Source: a virus. From it: 64,000 nucleotides of DNA. This document shows, piece after piece, positions 57,635 to 64,000 of the stretch. Each line of letters opens with the position of its first letter. Within the stretch, counting starts at the first letter, position 1. Location of the stretch: positions 4,580-68,579 of the IMG/VR virus record IMGVR_UViG_3300049070_000180; one strand, given 5' to 3'. The position numbers and the translations under genes are program-made. The notes beneath the pieces are model-generated. The model did not search any database. It had not been told where the DNA came from and saw only the letters and a list, made by a program, of their open reading frames with translations.

Positions 57635-58300
57635 CGTTGGCCTCCTGGGTGATGCCGAGCTCATCGGCGATGGCTCGTCGAACCTCAAGCCGGTAGGCCT
57701 CCTGGCCGGCGTGGAACCACTTCTGGTCGGAGATGAACCGGGCTTGCGTGGATGGGTGCGGCTCCACGTCCAGGACGGCATTGAGAGCGCACGAGTAGCA
57801 ACCGCTTGGGTCGTTGCCGTCGAACAGCAGTAGGTGTTCGACTCGCCGGGGAACTCGTCGAATGCCAGGACATCCACACCGAACTGTGCCAACTGCCATG
57901 CCCAATACCCGGTGCCCGCGCCGATCTCGACCACGCTTCGCCCTTCGAGCACCGTCGTTAGCCAGCGGATGTCATCCGGTGTCGGGATCGCCCACGCGTA
58001 GGTCTTAGTCAACTGGTCGCGGGACATCAGATACTCGCGGCCGATCCGGCAGGCATAGCCGTCGACCTGGATCGCGTGCCCGCTGCCCTCGTACAGCGAG
58101 GAGTGGCGATCGAGGGGCAGATGTCGGACGATCTCCCAGTACGGGTTGATCCCTTCCGGATCCTGGTCGTACGCCGAGCCAAGCAACGGAACCATTTGCT
58201 TACCATTGAAGGTGGCCGGCGGATGGTCGGTCCACATCATCCGCAGCTTGGCCACGGCAGCTCCGTGGTCTTCGATCACAGTTATGGCGTCTCGGCTCAC
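57627..58300 (-). pseudogene. Truncated paralogue of the 13419-14195 methyltransferase, joined out of frame to the 3' end of another gene
   Basis: GINPYWEIVRHLPL...VVEIGAGTGYWA...SNTYC, then homology stops near 57830. Confidence 0.75.
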
Positions 58301-59094
58301 TTCGCCTCCAACTCAAGACGTGGATCTCCCGCCAAGATCCGCTGCTGTAGCCGCTGCAACTCCGGGCACGGCTCCAACCCGTACTTCGCCAACAGGGCTG
58401 TGCGGACCTTCTGGAACCACTCCAATGCCTCCACCCGACACGATGAGCGGTAGAGGGCGGTCAGCAGCTTCTCTGCGGTCGCCTCCCGGGACGGGTCATG
58501 GCGGACCACCGCCCGCAACTCGTCCAGCACCTCACGATGCCGGCCAGCCCGCAACTCCAGGTCAAACCGCAGATCAAGGGCAGTCCGGTAGGTGTCCATC
58601 ACCCCATCCGCCCATGCCGTGAGGACCGGACCCGGCCGGACGTTCACCAGCGGCCAGCCTGTCCACAAGCTGAACGCCGCCCTCAGGGTGTCCTCGGTGA
58701 GTCGGAGATCACCGACCTGGTAGGCCGAGCGGGCCTTCCCCACGTAGTGGACGAAACGGTTGGCGTCCACATCCAACGGTGGCAGCAGGAGGGCGTAGCC
58801 GCACCGCTGGTATTCGATCAGCGGTTTCAACCAGGCGATCCGGCGCAGCATCAGGATGTAGGTCTGCACCGACTGCAACGCCTTCGCCGGGTCGTGGCCA
58901 TCCCACAACTCCCGGGAGATCTCGTACACCGAAACCATCCGGCCTGCGTTGACCGCCAGGAGGGCGAAGGTCTGCCTGAGCTTCGGTCCCGACGGCAACG
59001 TCTGGTCAACGAGCTTCAGCGACCCCAGCAGGTGGATCACCACTGGTGAGTCCGGTCCGGCTTCTGGGGTGAGAGTGAGAGGCTGGATGGTCAT
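58297..59094 (-). CDS. SARP (AfsR/DnrI/RedD family) transcriptional activator
   Basis: LLG.L...K.RQ..ALL....VS...I..ELW...VQTYI..LRR winged helix + BTAD (DVDA.RF, GRH.E...EL...P.RE, ALYR, GLEP.PEL..L...IL). Confidence 0.92.
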   Translation of the reverse strand: MTIQPLTLTPEAGPDSPVVIHLLGSLKLVDQTLPSGPKLRQTFALLAVNAGRMVSVYEISRELWDGHDPAKALQSVQTYILMLRRIAWLKPLIEYQRCGYALLLPPLDVDANRFVHYVGKARSAYQVGDLRLTEDTLRAAFSLWTGWPLVNVRPGPVLTAWADGVMDTYRTALDLRFDLELRAGRHREVLDELRAVVRHDPSREATAEKLLTALYRSSCRVEALEWFQKVRTALLAKYGLEPCPELQRLQQRILAGDPRLELEAK

Positions 59095-61663
59095 GATCCA
59101 CCCCGCTCACGGTAGGATTTCGCCGTGGGACGGAGCCAAAGATAGCCGTTGCCCGCAGCCGTGCCGGTGTCCATGACATCAACGATGTGCACCACGCGAG
59201 CATCGTCCTTGACCGTCAGGATCTGCTGGTCACCCAGCGTGTCCCGGATCGCGTACGTCGCAATGGCTCCGGCGTCGCGCTCGTCAATCGCACGCACGGT
59301 GACGAAGACAGTCACGGCCACGCGCTGTTCCTGCAGTTCACTCATCGGGGATCCTCCTGTCTATCGCGGTAGTCCCCGGTAATCGGGACCTCAGCCACCA
59401 CACCGCCGATGAACTTGGCTCGCTTGTGGGCGACCTCTCTGTCCAGCCATGCTCCGTAGAGGCCGGCTCGATCAGGGAGGAGGACCAGGTGGATGTGGGA
59501 AGTCATGACGCCCGCCATAGCTCGGACCTGACGGAGAGCTTCTGAGCCAGCTTCGCGATCACAACCATGGCCTGGCCGTCGCTCAGCCGAACGTTTCGGA
59601 CCGACCCGCCGGAAGTGGCCGCCTGGATCACCAGGGTGTGGCCGCCGTCGTCCGTCTCAACGCCGATGAACCGAAGCTCCTGGTTGGTCATTTGGGCTCC
59701 CCATACTGGGAGAGCCAGCGATCGAGTAACTCTCGGCCCAGGACCGTTGTCTCGCACGCCAAGATTCCCTCCCCCACATGGCGATGTCTGATGGCGCAGG
59801 CGTCCTCCATGAGTGCGTTGAGTGCGCGTGACATCTGCGGGATGGTCGCCGGCTGCCTGACGAACACCTCGAGCCTGTCGTCGGCCGCGATCTGTACCTG
59901 TCCGGCTTCAACCGCCGCCAGCATCTTGTGTCGGAGCGGGGTGTAGTTCAGGGGCATGGAGACTCCCGGATGTCAGCGGCCAGCCTGCGTAGCTTGTTGA
60001 CCGAGATGGTGATCGCGGCGAGGGTCCGTGCATCCGCCGGCAGCGAGATGTTGCGGCGCTCCGCATCCCACTCTTCCGCAAGCTTCGCCAACGCAGCTCC
60101 CGCGGCAGCGCGACCGTCGCATTGATTGCAAGAGACCTGACCTTGGTCGGCCATGTGCTCGCAGATCGTCCCCCCTATCGCCTCAGCCGCTGCGTCTACC
60201 AGCCTCTGGGCTAGTGGGGTGGGGTCCTCAGGCATCGTCGTGTCCATACGCCCCCAGGTCTAGTGGCAACTGGACATCGATGATGCGCGGCGCACGCGGT
60301 GGAGGCGCTGGAAGTAGTGGAGCGGGAGTGTGGCGCAACTTGGCGTTAGCATGTTTGATCAGTTCAGACATCGCGCGCGTTTGCACCGCCGTCAAACCGA
60401 TATCTTGTCGGCCTCCGCGAAGTAGACAGTTGATCCACAGTTGTCGAACGATGGTGTCGCGGAAACGATCAAGCTTGTGATTCGCCGCGGCCAGGTATTC
60501 CACTTGCTGAGCAACAGCCTCGACATGCCTGCGCAACTCCGGTTCGCCGATATCCACACCGGCCATCTCCGCGTAACAACCAGCCAGGGTGAGAGCTCGA
60601 TCCCGTTGGGCGTCGGCCGTGTCCTTGGCCTCAATCAACTCTCGGACACGCAGCCTGAGGCGGACAATCTCAGCCGCCTGGCGCATCTCGACAGTAGTCA
60701 TGGGTCAGACCTCCCCGCGAAGCTCGGGCAGATACGTCATGTGCCACGTCGGATGCGCAGGGCGCGCGATGTTCGAACCTTCGAGAAGCACCAGAACGTG
60801 CGGCCCGCTAGCGCCCCGGATCTCCCCCGGCTTGCCGTCGCAGATCACCTTGCCGCCCACCCGTGCGGGGACGTGGTAGTAGCCCCGGATGTAGTCCAAG
60901 CCGTCGGTGCTCACTGTGCCTCCCCGCGAAGCTCGGAGGCACGGGCCAGCAACTCGTTTCCTTTTAGGAACGGGCCGACCTCGGGACGCAATCCCCGAGT
61001 AGCGAGGTGTTGGGCCGTGCTGGATGCACGGCCGCCGCCTCCTGCTGGGCTTCTCGTGGAAGCCTTGTCGGCTTGCTCGGCCGCCATCGTCCAGCCATCG
61101 CAGTAGCCCTGCGACCATGGCGAAGGAGACCCCGGCCGGTAGTCGCTTAAGGCGTTGAAGTCACGGTTGCCATGGCTGTGGCCTTCCGAGTACTCCGCGA
61201 ACGTCGCGTCGTTCATTGCCCCTTGCCTCCATCGCATCTCTCCTAGTGGCGGCACGTCATGCAGGTGCAGCCAGTGCGGCAGGCCGCGCACAGGCGCTTC
61301 GATCGGTCGGCGGCGTGGAAGAGGATCCCGGCCGTCAAAACCAGCAAAGCGGCCTTGCCGGTCACGCCAGTCGCAATCACGCCGCACCCTCGGCACTGGA
61401 TCTGCGGCGGGTCCAACGACACGATGCCGTCCACGAGCCCGGGCATCGTAGGTAGCTGCTCGACGGCTTCCATCGCTCTCGCCTCCATCGCAGATAGACG
61501 GTCAGTGCTCGTTCGTTCCGCCGTTCAGCCAGTGCACACGCTGAGCCGCCTCGTCCGCGCTGCCGTGGTCACTATCCGGTTGCCACCGCCCTGACGGGTC
61601 GTAGTAGCCGACCGTCCACAGGCCCGGCTCGGAGCGCAGGTACACCCAGGTGACGTCCGACAT
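59091..61663 (-). CDS. Small hypothetical genes (59091-59345, 59503-59691, 59688-59957, 59948-60247, 60228-60701, 60705-60914, 60911-61216, 61243-61473, 61502-61663)
   Basis: Coupled RBS-led ORFs. Confidence 0.55.
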
Positions 61664-61779
61664 GCCAACCACTCCCTAGCAGCTCAACTACGTTCCACGT
61701 ATATACGTGAGCGTACCTCTATGCCCACTCGATTGCAACTGGCTAGACTGGTGTACGTACATACGCGGAGGGCGAACTT

Positions 61780-61968
61780 GTGACCAAGGATGACTGGGAT
61801 CCGGTGCGTCCCGTCCGCATGTCCGACCAACTCTGGGACGACCTCGCCAAGGCTGCCGCCGACGACCACGGCAAGGACCGCTCGACCGTCCTTCGTGACT
61901 ATGCCCGCCGCTACGTCGCCGCATGGAAGGGCCGACAACCCAAGAGTGATCACGACGCAGCCCCCTGA
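61780..61968 (+). CDS. Ribbon-helix-helix regulator
   Basis: RPVRMSDQLWD......DRSTVLRDY; the only plus-strand gene in this arm. Confidence 0.75.
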   Translation: MTKDDWDPVRPVRMSDQLWDDLAKAAADDHGKDRSTVLRDYARRYVAAWKGRQPKSDHDAAP

Positions 61969-62512
61969 AGCTCTTCATGTGCGGTCAGGAAGTGCTCATC
62001 CCACGGCAGCGCGCAACGGTTCTCCGACGGGATGAAAATCGCATCAGGCAGGCCGCATGGCGTCTCGATCGGGTGGATGTAGGCCGCCAGAATCTGCATG
62101 ATCGGCTTGTGCTTTTCGCAGCACTCCAAGCCCTCAGCGATCCGTCCGTGCCCGTCCACGCAGATGCCGTGCCAGACGGAGTCGGCCATGCACGCCAGGT
62201 CCGCCTCGGTCGGGCTGTAGGCGCACCGCCCGAAGGTCCACTCCGGCGCGAGGGCGCCGACGTACGGCGGAATCATGTCGGCTCCTCGGACACCAGCCGG
62301 TAGCCAGCGGCCAACGCACGCACCGCATGAGCCACCGCTGTCCGCTTCCGATCCGCCCGCTGCAGCTCGTGGCCGACGTTGCGGGGATGCTCAGACGGTT
62401 CGAACGCCAGGGGGTCCAGGACGCGCGCCAAAGCGTCTACGGCAGCAGCACCCTGGCCACCCCGTTCTGTCTCTCTGGTGGCCACGCTGGGCAGGTAGTG
62501 GTGGACAGTCAT
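61950..62512 (-). CDS. Two hypothetical genes (61950-62276, 62273-62512)
   Basis: ATGA-coupled ORFs. Confidence 0.55.
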
Positions 62513-63573
62513 GCGCAGTCCTCTCCGAACGGAAGGGGTGCATCCGACATCCGGCGCAGCGCAATGTCGTGATAGGCCGCCACGAGATCGATGCCGATCG
62601 CCTTCCGCCCCAACTGCTGGGCAGCCATGGCGGTGGTGCCGGCGCCGGAGAACGGGTCCAAAACGGTGCCACCCGGCCGGCAGCCGGCCTTGATGCAGCG
62701 ACGCGGGAGCTCCGGCGGGAACGCGGCGAAATGCGCCTCGGGCAGGGGAGTGGTCGGGATGCTCCACACGTCGCCGGGGTTGCGGCCCTTGCTAAGTGCT
62801 TGCTTCAGTGTCGATGCATCATTCGGGCCGAACCGATGCGCGGCGGCTGAAGTCTGGGTCGGCGCCCCATACACGGACCGATGGCCACCGCCGCGCCGGG
62901 CCGAGCCACCCACCTTGCCCTCGCCAGCATTCGCGCCGCCGAACACGATCCCTCGGTCGAGCGCATCCGGATGGGCGAGCGGCTCGCGGATCGCGTCCAG
63001 ATCGAAGTAGTAGCGCCGGCTCTTGGTGAGTAGGAACAGGAATTCGTACCGGTTGGACAGCCGGTCCTGCACCGACTCCGGCATGGCGTTCGGCTTGTGC
63101 CACACGATCGCGTTGCGGAGGTACCAACCCGCATCCTGCAGAGCGAAGGCCACGCGCCAGGGGATGCCGAGCAGGTTCTTCGACGGCAGGCCAGGGTTCT
63201 TAGTCGACGCGATTCGATCTCCGCCGAGCGCGCCGCGCTTGCGGTCCGCAGCGCCGTCCCATCGGGCATGGATGTTCTGGTCTTCTTGCGGACCTGGCTT
63301 GCTGCTGTAGCTGTCGCCGAGGTTGAGCCACAGCGTGCCGTCGTCGGCCAGCACCCGGTGCACCTCGGCGAACACTCCGGCCAGCGCGGCGACGTACTCG
63401 GCTGGCGTCTCTTCGAGCCCGAGCTGCTCCGGGTGGCCTTCGTAGTCACGCCGGCCAAAGTACGGCGGTGAGGTCACCACGCAATCCACAGAGGAGTCCG
63501 GCAAAGTGCGCAGCTGCTCGACCGCATCACCGAGGAGCAGGGTCAGGGTGGCGTCTTGGTAGTAGAGACTCAC
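62509..63573 (-). CDS. Orphan DNA methyltransferase (N4-C/N6-A, beta class)
   Basis: VTSPPY, LWLNLGDSY, W.KPN.MPES, HFAAFP, VLDPFSGAGTT. Confidence 0.93.
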   Translation of the reverse strand: MSLYYQDATLTLLLGDAVEQLRTLPDSSVDCVVTSPPYFGRRDYEGHPEQLGLEETPAEYVAALAGVFAEVHRVLADDGTLWLNLGDSYSSKPGPQEDQNIHARWDGAADRKRGALGGDRIASTKNPGLPSKNLLGIPWRVAFALQDAGWYLRNAIVWHKPNAMPESVQDRLSNRYEFLFLLTKSRRYYFDLDAIREPLAHPDALDRGIVFGGANAGEGKVGGSARRGGGHRSVYGAPTQTSAAAHRFGPNDASTLKQALSKGRNPGDVWSIPTTPLPEAHFAAFPPELPRRCIKAGCRPGGTVLDPFSGAGTTAMAAQQLGRKAIGIDLVAAYHDIALRRMSDAPLPFGEDCA

Positions 63574-63845
63574 GCGCACTCCTCCAATGCCTGACTCAAT
63601 ATCTGCCACACAGCCACCACATGGGACCGTCCCCGCCGGGCGACCTTCGCTGCGGACCGCAACGTCAGCCCCGCTCGCAGCAGCTGCGCTATCCCGACAG
63701 CTACCTGAACCTCTCCCGGTGGGTAGTCCCGGTTGTGCCCGGTTCCTTTGCCCTGATTGCGAGGATGGAGAAGGCCGGCGTTGGACCACATGTCGACCTG
63801 GCGGTAGGTGATTCCTGCGTGCTCGGCGAGTTCGATGGCGTTCAT
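63570..63845 (-). CDS. MerR-family HTH regulator
   Basis: AGITYRQVD.W...GLL.P...GTG..R.Y. Confidence 0.8.
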   Translation of the reverse strand: MNAIELAEHAGITYRQVDMWSNAGLLHPRNQGKGTGHNRDYPPGEVQVAVGIAQLLRAGLTLRSAAKVARRGRSHVVAVWQILSQALEECA

Positions 63846-64000
63846 CAGCTCGCCTCCGGCAATACGGTCGGCAGGGCGCGGCGAAGGTCGTCCCGGACGG
63901 CCTGCTCCCCGATGCCGAGGTGGGCGGCGATCTCCCGGACCTTCAAACCTGACGCGGCGAGGCGCCGGGTCTCGGCCACACGCAGTGCCCGCTCCGGTGT
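63845..64000 (-). CDS. HTH protein (partial)
   Basis: GLKVREIAAHLGIGEQAVRDDL. Confidence 0.55.
   Translation of the reverse strand, partial: TPERALRVAETRRLAASGLKVREIAAHLGIGEQAVRDDLRRALPTVLPEAS

Larger units (their letters stand above)
1..64000. mobile_element. Temperate siphophage of an actinomycete (HK97-type head, long non-contractile tail); no host genes seen
   Basis: Integrase/repressor/Cro switch, terminase-portal-protease-capsid-tail-lysis synteny, and dense small genes with ATGA/GTGA overlaps from end to end. Confidence 0.97.

Overview
The whole window looks like most of a temperate, high-GC actinobacterial siphophage genome. It is probably in the excised or circular state, because paired arm-type repeats flank an apparently intact attP. 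Layout: (1) a leftward early arm at 1-9.8 kb with an ERF annealase, PD-(D/E)XK exonuclease, RusA-like, HNH-like, Xis and Cro genes; (2) the immunity switch, tyrosine integrase and attP at 9.8-12.5 kb; (3) a rightward accessory operon of small genes at 12.5-17.9 kb; (4) an XRE/DUF5753 + DUF397 pair with a divergent micro-gene operon at 18-20.8 kb; (5) a leftward late region at 21-49 kb containing HNH, terminase, portal, HK97 protease and capsid, an unusual neck/fibre module, tail genes, and a split lysis cassette whose amidase carries an intein; (6) a leftward accessory arm at 49-64 kb with an HslV-like protease, a SARP activator, a DNA methyltransferase and MerR/RHH regulators. The most striking unexplained pattern is that many single accessory genes are each bracketed by their own 12-18 bp direct repeat on the RBS/stop-start junctions, which suggests gene-by-gene cassette gain and loss. 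Other highlights are the intein at the catalytic Cys of the endolysin, a phage-borne SARP, a possible repeat-templated fibre system, a 19-aa (CxC)3 peptide and a candidate sRNA. All family calls come from recognising motifs by eye; no searches were run.
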